Below are positions 16,878 through 23,920 of a stretch of DNA of 33,433 nucleotides, piece by piece; positions within the stretch are counted from its first letter, which is position 1, and each line of letters opens with the position of its first letter. The stretch is taken from the IMG/VR virus record IMGVR_UViG_3300021086_000015, positions 1 to 33,433 of that record, one strand, 5' to 3'. The notes beneath the pieces were generated by a model. The model was not told the origin of the DNA. It saw only the letters and a list, made by a program, of their open reading frames with translations, and searched no databases. The translations under genes and the position numbers were made by a program. This DNA is from a virus (taxonomy: Duplodnaviria > Caudoviricetes).

Positions 16878-17035
16878 GCCGCGGACAGAAATCCCGGGTG
16901 CCCCAGCACTTCCCGTGCATGCGTTACCGGGCACGCAAACGGCACGAATGGACGGTCGTGTGCGTCCAGGGCTGGCCCTACGCCTACATCGGCCCCCATC
17001 CGGACCGTGCGGCAGCAGCTCCAGAGGTCACGCCA

Positions 17036-17440
17036 ATGACGCGTTCATGCTTCGTACCCGGCTCGCCCGCGCCGCAAGGCAGCAAGCGGCACGTCGGCCA
17101 CGGCCGCATGGTCGAGATGTCCAAAGCGCTCGGCCCGTGGCGTGAGCGCGTCGCCCTGGCCGTCCACGGCGAAGGCTGGCCGATGATGGCCGGCCCTGTA
17201 TGGGTGCGGCTCCAATTCGTGCTGCCACGCCCCAAATCGGCGCCGAAACGCAGCACGCCGCCTGCAGTCAAGAGGCCGGATCTGGACAAGCTGCAGCGCG
17301 CCATCCTCGACGCGCTGACCGGCATCGTGTTCGCCGACGACTCACAGGTGATCTGCATCTTCGCCCGTAAACGCATCGCCGAAATCGACGAGTCACCCGG
17401 CGTGCTCATCGAGCTCGACGACTACACCGAGGAGGCGTGA
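17036..17440 (+). CDS. rusA: RusA-like Holliday junction resolvase
   Basis: FVPGSPAPQGSK, RPDLDKLQRAILDALT, FADDSQV. An in-frame upstream GTG at 16874 could extend it. Confidence 0.9.
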   Translation: MTRSCFVPGSPAPQGSKRHVGHGRMVEMSKALGPWRERVALAVHGEGWPMMAGPVWVRLQFVLPRPKSAPKRSTPPAVKRPDLDKLQRAILDALTGIVFADDSQVICIFARKRIAEIDESPGVLIELDDYTEEA

Positions 17441-17889
17441 CCATGGAGCTGCCCGACGAGTTCTCCGAGGCGAACGGCTGGCACGTAGTCGGCTACCTCG
17501 AGCGTGACGCGCCCGTGTTCACGTACCAGCGATGGCTCGTCGGCGACCCCGCACCGATGTCCTACACCGCTCCGCGCGGCACCTTGCAGATCACCGCTGA
17601 ATGGCTGGATCCCGATCCTGACCTGATTCGAATCCTGTTCGACATCCCGCCCGGCTTCCCGCTCTGGTACATCCGGCCGCAACTCGCTCTGACAGTCGGG
17701 CCGATCGGGCGCCTCATTCAGAGCACGCAATGCCGATGCGGGCACGTCGAGCTGCAGCACATCATCCTGCTCGACGAATGCCTCGGCGGATGCGACTGCG
17801 CGAGATACATACCGCGCACGCCGCCGGTCCAGATGGGCTGGCATGAGCGGCTCGTGCGCGCCATCCGGAACGCATGGGGGTGGATGTGA
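17437..17889 (+). CDS. Hypothetical protein with Cys/His cluster
   Basis: CRCGH..H...CLGGCDC. Confidence 0.65.
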   Translation: MTMELPDEFSEANGWHVVGYLERDAPVFTYQRWLVGDPAPMSYTAPRGTLQITAEWLDPDPDLIRILFDIPPGFPLWYIRPQLALTVGPIGRLIQSTQCRCGHVELQHIILLDECLGGCDCARYIPRTPPVQMGWHERLVRAIRNAWGWM

Positions 17890-18200
17890 CCGATGCCGAG
17901 AACGCCCTGGCCGACCTCGAACAGCGCGTCCGCGAGAAGCTCATCGTCGCCAACCAAGCTGCACACCCGGAGTGGGCTGAACTCGCAGCCTCGTTCGCCG
18001 AGTGGGTGCCGAAATCAATCGAACTCGATCTGGTGCCCCCGTTACCCGACGACTGGCCGCAGTTCCCGCGAGAAAAGTGGATCACCTATCCCAACCGTCG
18101 GACGTATGGACTCCTCCTAGCGGACAAGGCGATCGACCTCGGGCATCTCGCCGAGGCCGGATGGCTCCTGCAGTACGCAGGGAAGGAACGGATCGGATGA
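17886..18200 (+). CDS. Hypothetical phage protein
   Basis: GTGA/ATGA overlaps. Confidence 0.65.
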   Translation: MTDAENALADLEQRVREKLIVANQAAHPEWAELAASFAEWVPKSIELDLVPPLPDDWPQFPREKWITYPNRRTYGLLLADKAIDLGHLAEAGWLLQYAGKERIG

Positions 18201-19156
18201 GCGCCGTCCAGTGCACCGAATGCGGCCGAATGCTCGGCTACAACGCCGCACTCTGCCGAAGCTGCATCGATGAGCTCGTCGAGCAGCTGTTCAGGGTGCC
18301 CGCACTCCTGTACCAGCTCACCATCACCCGCGCAGGCCTCGGCCGCAGCGGCCCACCAGAGCGCGGCAGCGGAGGAGCCGACTCGCCGATGCCCCTCCGC
18401 ATCGTCGGCCACACGCTGCTTGGTGAGTCGGCGGTACAACGGCTCGAGACCGCGGTCATCGGCTGGGCGCGGACCATCGCGGAAGAACTGGCCGTCACGC
18501 CCGCCGTGCACATCGCGTATCTCGTCGACCTCACCCAGCAACGGCGCCGACTGCCAGGCAGCACCGTGCGGCCGGACGCCGCCGCGCTCGCCGAACCGGT
18601 CACCGCGCTCGAGCAGGCGGCCGTGTGGCTGGCGCACCACCGTCGCGAACTCGGGCAGCACGAGGCCGCACGCGAGCTGGCCCGCGACATCCGCAACGCC
18701 GTCGCCGAGTTCGGCCGGGCGATCTGGCCAGCCGAACGGCAGTACCTCGGCCTGTGCACCACGGCGTACGACACTGGCGCCGAGGAGGTGGCGTGCGGGC
18801 AGGAATTGCGTGCCGCGGCCGGTGAGGCGTACACCTATTGCCGCCGGTGCCGCGCTCGCTATGACGTCGCCGCCCTCAAGGCCGAAGTGGTGCGCGGAGT
18901 CGACGACCGGCTGTACAAAATCGATGATCTGCTGCCCATTCTCACGGTGCTCGGCCCTCCCGTGTCCCGCACCACGCTGTACAGGTGGGCTCACGACCGA
19001 AGACTCGAGCCGCGCGGATGGCAGCATGCCGACGACTACGGGGTGCGGATCACCGATCACCGGATCGGCACCGGAGACGCCCAGGTGTACAGGCTCGGCG
19101 ACGCACGGAAATTGGCCGCGAAGGACGACGAGCATGAGGGAGGATCGGCAGCATGA
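18197..19156 (+). CDS. Zn-finger plus C-terminal HTH protein, probable late transcription regulator
   Basis: CxxC/CxxC N-terminus, LGLC..C..CRRC, VSRTTLYRWAHD HTH; near the end of the early region. Confidence 0.7.
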   Translation: MSAVQCTECGRMLGYNAALCRSCIDELVEQLFRVPALLYQLTITRAGLGRSGPPERGSGGADSPMPLRIVGHTLLGESAVQRLETAVIGWARTIAEELAVTPAVHIAYLVDLTQQRRRLPGSTVRPDAAALAEPVTALEQAAVWLAHHRRELGQHEAARELARDIRNAVAEFGRAIWPAERQYLGLCTTAYDTGAEEVACGQELRAAAGEAYTYCRRCRARYDVAALKAEVVRGVDDRLYKIDDLLPILTVLGPPVSRTTLYRWAHDRRLEPRGWQHADDYGVRITDHRIGTGDAQVYRLGDARKLAAKDDEHEGGSAA

Positions 19157-19407
19157 GCGATGACATCTGCATCGAGGACGAGAGGCTGATCATCGGTATT
19201 TCGCAAGCCGTCGCTGACGCTGGCGGCCTGAAGCATGCGCGCTGCTGCGAGACCGCAGGCTGCTGCTGGGCCGTCCATACCGACAGCGAGGATGGCACCC
19301 AAGCGGCATACGACAAGCACCTGCGTACGGACCCGCGCCACACGGACCGCGAATGGATCGACCGTAAAGGGCGCAAACGGCGAAGACTGGAGATTCTGCC
19401 GGAATGA
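19153..19407 (+). CDS. Hypothetical phage protein
   Basis: ATGA overlaps. Confidence 0.6.
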   Translation: MSDDICIEDERLIIGISQAVADAGGLKHARCCETAGCCWAVHTDSEDGTQAAYDKHLRTDPRHTDREWIDRKGRKRRRLEILPE

Positions 19408-19751
19408 CCATCGAGGAGTTCATCGAGGCGCGCCTCGCCGAGGACGAACAGATCGCTCGCGCGGCAGCTGGCGCGCCCTGGGTGGCCGAGGCCGATATCC
19501 CGCGTTCCATCCTCGTCTCTTCCGTAGCCAAGGCAGAGAACAAGCAGATGTTCGGCCGCTTGGGGTATGTCGGTTCGGCAGAGCATGAGGAGTATCGGCA
19601 GCACATCGTGCGCCACGATCCGGCGCGCGTGCTGCGGCAGTGCGCGGCGCTCCGACTCGTCCTGGGATTTTGGCGTGGGCTTACCAGACTGAGGACGATC
19701 GCCGCGATCTGGTCCGATCATCCCGATTACCAACAGGATTGGGCGAAATGA
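19404..19751 (+). CDS. DUF6221-like protein
   Basis: EFIEARLAEDE...HIVRHDPARVLRQC...WSDHPDY. Confidence 0.75.
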   Translation: MTIEEFIEARLAEDEQIARAAAGAPWVAEADIPRSILVSSVAKAENKQMFGRLGYVGSAEHEEYRQHIVRHDPARVLRQCAALRLVLGFWRGLTRLRTIAAIWSDHPDYQQDWAK

Positions 19752-20071
19752 TCGACGTACACCGGCTTGCACACGACTACTTCACCCGGATCGGCCTGAA
19801 ACCGGCATCCCAACTCGACGCCACCTACCAATGGGAGCTGGCGCATGTCGCCGAGACGAGCACCCGCCTCGCCGCCATCCTGGACGACGAAGGAATTCCG
19901 GATGAGACCGCGACGCGAATCATCCGCAGCGTGCTGTACGGCGCGCCATCGGTGGCCGAGGCCGAGCAGCGCATGAAGCACATGGACCTGCTGCGCAAGA
20001 TGTTCGAAACGCCACCCGAGTTCTCGACGGAGCGTCTGCGCGCGGACCTGGAAGCGCTCAAGGAATCCTGA
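19748..20071 (+). CDS. Hypothetical phage protein
   Basis: Start MIDVHRLA via ATGA overlap. Confidence 0.65.
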   Translation: MIDVHRLAHDYFTRIGLKPASQLDATYQWELAHVAETSTRLAAILDDEGIPDETATRIIRSVLYGAPSVAEAEQRMKHMDLLRKMFETPPEFSTERLRADLEALKES

Positions 20072-20108
20072 CCGCCGATAAGCGGAGGTAATCGGCGGTC
20101 AGGATTCC
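20062..20108. terminator. 18-bp perfect inverted repeat between convergent genes (likely bidirectional terminator)
   Basis: GGAATCCTGACCGCCGAT-N11-ATCGGCGGTCAGGATTCC, containing both stop codons. Confidence 0.75.
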
Positions 20109-20299
20109 GAATCCTTCGGCGGCACAGTGAAGTTGTATGCGACGGTCACCGACCGGTCGCCATAGGTGACTTCGAAGTCGGTGACGCCAGTGCGCTCGAG
20201 CGTGGCCCGCTGTTCGGCTTCCCAGGTGGCGAGTTCTTCCGCATCGCCCACGTGGGTCATGGTGGTGGTGAAGCGGGTCTCGCTCGATTCGTCGGTCAT
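20099..20299 (-). CDS. Small acidic hypothetical protein (reverse strand)
   Basis: 66 aa; -10-like TACCGT 8 nt upstream of the ATG. Confidence 0.65.
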   Translation of the reverse strand: MTDESSETRFTTTMTHVGDAEELATWEAEQRATLERTGVTDFEVTYGDRSVTVAYNFTVPPKDSES

Positions 20300-20353
20300 G
20301 GGCGTGGACGGTACGGCAGTACGGCCGTCGGCCGCGCAAAATCGTCCAACAGG

Positions 20354-20578
20354 TCAGGCCCGGACCGGATGATGATCCGGGAGCACGGTCACCGCGTACG
20401 CGCCGAGCTGTCCCACGCGCTCGGCGAAATACGCGGTGACCCGGCCGTCCGCACCGCGGTCCACCATGGTGACCGTGCCGTCCCGCCGCCGCGCGGCAGG
20501 ATCATCCGGCGCCACACCGCGACCGATGGCATCCGCGTACCAGGCGATGCGATCGCCGACCTCGAATTCCTCGCACAT
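20354..20578 (-). CDS. Small SH3-like beta-barrel protein (reverse strand)
   Basis: MCEEFEVGDRIAWY...GTVTMV; -10-like CATGAT 7 nt upstream. Confidence 0.65.
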   Translation of the reverse strand: MCEEFEVGDRIAWYADAIGRGVAPDDPAARRRDGTVTMVDRGADGRVTAYFAERVGQLGAYAVTVLPDHHPVRA

Positions 20579-20586
20579 GTGTTCGA
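20571..20586. promoter_or_regulatory. Actinobacterial LexA (SOS) box
   Basis: TCGCAC-ATGT-GTTCGA, one mismatch to TCGAAC-N4-GTTCGA, overlapping the start codon at 20578. Confidence 0.7.
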
Positions 20587-20681
20587 TCATGGCATGCCGG
20601 GACGTTGCGCGTGGAGCTTCGTTGATCCCGCATCGCCGGGCAGCACCGGCGAACGACTCATGATCACAAACCGCCTGGTCA

Positions 20682-20689
20682 TGTACGAT
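20682..20689 (+). promoter_or_regulatory. Putative late-operon promoter -10
   Basis: TGTACGAT just upstream of a terminator hairpin and the first late genes. Confidence 0.45.
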
Positions 20690-20696
20690 GGCACAC

Positions 20697-20746
20697 GAAA
20701 CCGCTACTGACGAGTGCTGCACGCATTCAGATCAGGGCGGTTTTTT
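20697..20746 (+). terminator. Intrinsic terminator in the late leader
   Basis: GAAACCGC..CTGA.GAGTGC-loop-GCATTC...TCAG.GCGGTTTTTT: long bulged stem plus T6. Confidence 0.7.
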
Positions 20747-20776
20747 CATGCCCAAATCCCTGATCAGGAGATCAAC

Positions 20777-20863
20777 ATGCTCGTCACCCTGTCCGCCGGT
20801 ATCCCCGTCGCAATCACCGCCCTCGGAGCGGCCCTCGCGACGCTGCTCGGCGTCATCCTCTGA
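20777..20863 (+). CDS. 28-aa hydrophobic peptide (not in ORF track)
   Basis: AGGAG RBS; MLVTLSAGIPVAITALGAALATLLGVIL. Confidence 0.65.
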   Translation: MLVTLSAGIPVAITALGAALATLLGVIL

Positions 20864-20877
20864 CACGAGTTCACACC

Positions 20878-21294
20878 ATGTCGTTCGAAGGCCGCACCCG
20901 CGAGCAATGCCGCCAATTCGTCGCCTCGCAGAACGCGATCGGCAGGCAGCTCTCAGCCGCCGAGGTCTTCATCATCGACATGCTCGGCGAGCTCGTCGCC
21001 CACCTCATCGACCTCAAAACCCAGATCGGAGAATCCACCATGGCCACACAGGCCGACGTCGACGCCCTCACCCAGCAGGTGCAAGACCTGAACGGCGCGT
21101 GGCAGGCATGGGCGGCCAACGCCGCCACCATCCTGACCAACGTCGAGACCGCGCTCACCGCTGCGGAACAGGCCAGCGGAATCCAGCTCACCGGCGCGCT
21201 AGCCGCTGTCGCCGACGGACAGGCCGCGCTCGCCGCGCTGCCTGTCGAGAGCGATCCGACCATCACGCCGCCGGCGCCCGCGACCGGTAGCTGA
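20878..21294 (+). CDS. Hypothetical helical protein with probable internal start at 21040
   Basis: GGAGA RBS before the internal MATQADVDAL. Confidence 0.7.
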   Translation: MSFEGRTREQCRQFVASQNAIGRQLSAAEVFIIDMLGELVAHLIDLKTQIGESTMATQADVDALTQQVQDLNGAWQAWAANAATILTNVETALTAAEQASGIQLTGALAAVADGQAALAALPVESDPTITPPAPATGS

Positions 21295-21296
21295 CC

Positions 21297-21383
21297 GTGA
21301 ACCTGCTCGTCCTGGCGTGGGACTTCCTGTCGTTCGATGACTTCGCCGCCGAGAAGTTCGTCGCAGGCCTGCTCGGGCTGTGA
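21297..21383 (+). CDS. 28-aa peptide (not in ORF track)
   Basis: MNLLVLAWDFLSFDDFAAEKFVAGLLGL; GTGA overlap with the next gene. Confidence 0.45.
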   Translation: MNLLVLAWDFLSFDDFAAEKFVAGLLGL

Positions 21384-21607
21384 CCGAGCCGTCCGACTGG
21401 CCACCCGGAGTGCCCGTCTCGCGGATCGAGATCGTCGAATACCTCGACAGCGAGACGGGCGACTACCCCATCGGCGAACGGTATTGGACCGCCGATGGGG
21501 TGCTGATGCCGTACTGGAAGAAGATCGGCCTACTCGAGGGCGCGAAGATCGCCGCCTGCATTCCGATGATCCAGAGCGCACCCGACATGACCAGCGGCGA
21601 CGACTGA
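21380..21607 (+). CDS. Hypothetical phage protein
   Basis: IEIVEYLDSETG...MPYWKKIGLLEGAK. Confidence 0.65.
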   Translation: MTEPSDWPPGVPVSRIEIVEYLDSETGDYPIGERYWTADGVLMPYWKKIGLLEGAKIAACIPMIQSAPDMTSGDD

Positions 21608-21620
21608 GATTGGACAGACC

Positions 21621-21919
21621 ATGGCAATGGGCAAGCCCCGCAAGGGCGTTGGCAGCGGAAGCGGCATCAAGGCTGCACGCACCCCGTCCGGTGGCGTCAG
21701 CGCGGCCGCGCGCGCCAAGACCGGCAGCGGTTCGAGCAAGTCGTTCCCCCCCTCCCTGACCAGAAGGCTGCCCTGTCCGCGATCGACCTGCGCCACAACG
21801 GCAACAGCGTGACACCCTCCGAGGTGCTCGGGAAGGTCGCGGCCAGCAAGTTCGGCAAGGATCCGATCGTCAAGGCCAAGCTCGCCAAGGCGCGCAAGGT
21901 CGACCGCGGCGGCAAGTAG
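21621..21919 (+). pseudogene. Small basic protein split by a frameshift at a C7 tract (21746-21752)
   Basis: Lys/Gly-rich N-part ...KSFP continues in another frame as LPDQKAALSAIDLRHNG...KVDRGGK-TAG with good codon bias. Confidence 0.65.
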
Positions 21920-21925
21920 CGTCCG

Positions 21926-22210
21926 ATGGTTGCCGGACGCGAAGCCACACCATCGGACGTAGACGCCACCGAGCGACTCAAGCGGTACTGGACCGTCGGC
22001 AACGGCGGCAAAGCCATCGCGTGGGGAACGCCCGGCGATTACGACCGGTGCGTCACGCTCGTCAGTGCGGCGGTCAAGGGCAACGACTCGTTCGTCAAGG
22101 GGTACTGCGCGGAGCGGCATCACGATGTACTCGGGATCTGGCCCGCTACGCACGCCAAGGAGATCCGCGATGCCGAAGGCCGCGGACACAATGAGCAGCA
22201 CGGCCGCTGA
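21926..22210 (+). CDS. Conserved actinophage small protein
   Basis: LKRYWT.G.GG..IAWGTPGDYDRCV...KGYCAERH...GIWP motif. Confidence 0.75.
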   Translation: MVAGREATPSDVDATERLKRYWTVGNGGKAIAWGTPGDYDRCVTLVSAAVKGNDSFVKGYCAERHHDVLGIWPATHAKEIRDAEGRGHNEQHGR

Positions 22211-22542
22211 TGCCTCGCGCACCGCGGCGCTGCCCGCGCGCCGGCTGCACCGAACTCATCCGCGGCCGGAAGTACTGCCCGGCGCACACGGAGACCTGGC
22301 AGGGGTCCGAACGGGGCCGCGTGACGTCGACATACGCATGGCGACGACTCCGCGATCGGATCCTCGATCGAGACAAAGGAGTCTGCTACCTCTGCGGCCG
22401 AGGCGGAGCCGACACCGTGGACCACGTCACCTCTGTCGCCCGCGGCGGCACCGACCACCCCGCCAACCTGGCGGCTGTCCACGACCGGACTGCGCCGCAC
22501 TGCCACCGCGCGAAAACCAATCAGGAACGCGCAATCCGATAG
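22210..22542 (+). CDS. HNH endonuclease (packaging-associated, HK97 gp74-like)
   Basis: WRRLRDRILDRD..CYLC...VDHV...GGTDHPANL...CHRAKT. Confidence 0.88.
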   Translation: MPRAPRRCPRAGCTELIRGRKYCPAHTETWQGSERGRVTSTYAWRRLRDRILDRDKGVCYLCGRGGADTVDHVTSVARGGTDHPANLAAVHDRTAPHCHRAKTNQERAIR

Positions 22543-22568
22543 ACAACCGCGACTGATCATCGCGGCCA

Positions 22569-22604
22569 GAAAGCCCTCGCACTCCTCATGGTGCGGGGGC
22601 TTTC
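22569..22604 (+). terminator. Stem-loop between the two HNH genes
   Basis: GAAAGCCCTCGCAC-loop-GTGCGGGGGCTTTC. Confidence 0.55.
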
Positions 22605-22611
22605 GCATCTC

Positions 22612-23352
22612 ATGAGGACAACTGAATTGAACGAGCAATCCTCGTGCCCGCAATGCGGTCAGAGCTTCACCCGGCACCACGGCAACCGCACGTTCTGCAG
22701 CCGGACCTGCGGTCTGCGCGCATACCAGGAGCGACGCCACGCCGAAGGCCGCAGCTACAACCGGACGGTGCACACGCGAGTGTGCGAGAGCTGCCGGAAG
22801 GCTTGGCAGACCGAGAAGCGGACAGCGCGTTTCTGCTCTGTCGACTGCATCGCCGCACATCGCTTCGGGCCCGCACGCCAACGAGGGCGAGCGCCGATGA
22901 GCGAGCGCATCAAGCGAGCGCGACGGCAGCTCCGCAAAGCCGCACGCGGAACGACCGGCAAAGGGATCGTATGGACGCAAGGACCATGCGGCTGGTGCCG
23001 ACAGCCGTTCCTCGCTCGAACGTCCGCCGGAACGCCCGCTCGGTACTGCTCGAAACGCTGTGGCGGTCGCGCCGTCAAGGCGCGACATACTCAGCGCAAG
23101 AGGGATTCCTACGTCGAGGATGTCGTTCCGATGCTGATCTTCAAGCGCGACGGCTACCGCTGCCATATCTGCCGGCGCAAGACGCTCCCGAACAAGAAGG
23201 TGCCCCATCCGCGCGCACCGACCATCGACCACATGATTCCGCTGAGTCTCGGGGGACCTCACTCCAGGGCGAATGTCTCGACGGCGTGCTTCCGATGCAA
23301 CACGCTCAAGAGCGCGAGCGGCGCTGGCGACCAGCTGGCAATCATCGGATGA
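22612..23352 (+). CDS. HNH endonuclease with three N-terminal Zn-finger repeats
   Basis: Three CxxC...(F/Y)CSxxC units; RDGYRCHIC...TIDHMIPLSLGGPHSRANVSTACFRCN. Confidence 0.88.
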   Translation: MRTTELNEQSSCPQCGQSFTRHHGNRTFCSRTCGLRAYQERRHAEGRSYNRTVHTRVCESCRKAWQTEKRTARFCSVDCIAAHRFGPARQRGRAPMSERIKRARRQLRKAARGTTGKGIVWTQGPCGWCRQPFLARTSAGTPARYCSKRCGGRAVKARHTQRKRDSYVEDVVPMLIFKRDGYRCHICRRKTLPNKKVPHPRAPTIDHMIPLSLGGPHSRANVSTACFRCNTLKSASGAGDQLAIIG

Positions 23353-23470
23353 ATAGGGGGGTGGCGCTAACCCCCTGGCACCTCTCAGACCCAATTCGGA
23401 CTGCTCTGCCAATTCCGCCACGTACGGGTTCGGAAGGCTCGCGCTGGCGGCCGGAAAGGCAGGTGATCGC
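23353..23470. other. Probable cos/packaging region
   Basis: Non-coding gap between HNH and small terminase, with an AGGGGG..CCCCCT hairpin, CCAATTC repeat and GTACGGG; position typical of cos phages. Confidence 0.55.
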
Positions 23471-23917
23471 ATGCCTGGACCGCTCCCGAAGCACTCGTCG
23501 GTGCGCTCGCGCCGCAACGCCACCTCCACGCGCGCCATCCTGCGATCCGCCAGCAACCCCGAGATTCCTGACCTGCCAACGTATTTCGAGTGGCATCCGG
23601 CGGTGCAGCAGTGGTGGCTCGCCTGCTGGTCGAGCCCGATGGCGCCGGAGTGGACGGACTCGGACCGGCATGTCCTCGACCTCGCTGCGCGGATGATGCA
23701 GACGGTATGGGCCGAGACCTCGTCGCCCGGGCAGCGGACGATGGCCGCTGCCGAGGTGCGGCATCTGCTGCGTGAGTGCGGCCTGACGCCGATGTCGCGC
23801 CGCACCCTGCAGTGGGAGATCGACCGTGGCGAGGTGGCCGAGGAGCGTACCCGCGCCCGGCGTAATACCGCGGTGCATGCCGTGCCGGACCCGCGGACGG
23901 CTTACCCCACGGGGTAG
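23471..23917 (+). CDS. Terminase small subunit
   Basis: MPGPLPK..RRN, WW...WSSPMA.EW, EVR...GLTPMSRRTLQWEI. Confidence 0.88.
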   Translation: MPGPLPKHSSVRSRRNATSTRAILRSASNPEIPDLPTYFEWHPAVQQWWLACWSSPMAPEWTDSDRHVLDLAARMMQTVWAETSSPGQRTMAAAEVRHLLRECGLTPMSRRTLQWEIDRGEVAEERTRARRNTAVHAVPDPRTAYPTG

Positions 23918-23920
23918 CCG

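Noticed and set aside
16481-17440. Single 319-aa protein
   Set aside because: The upstream part overlaps two better-supported small genes in other frames; only the RusA portion has motifs
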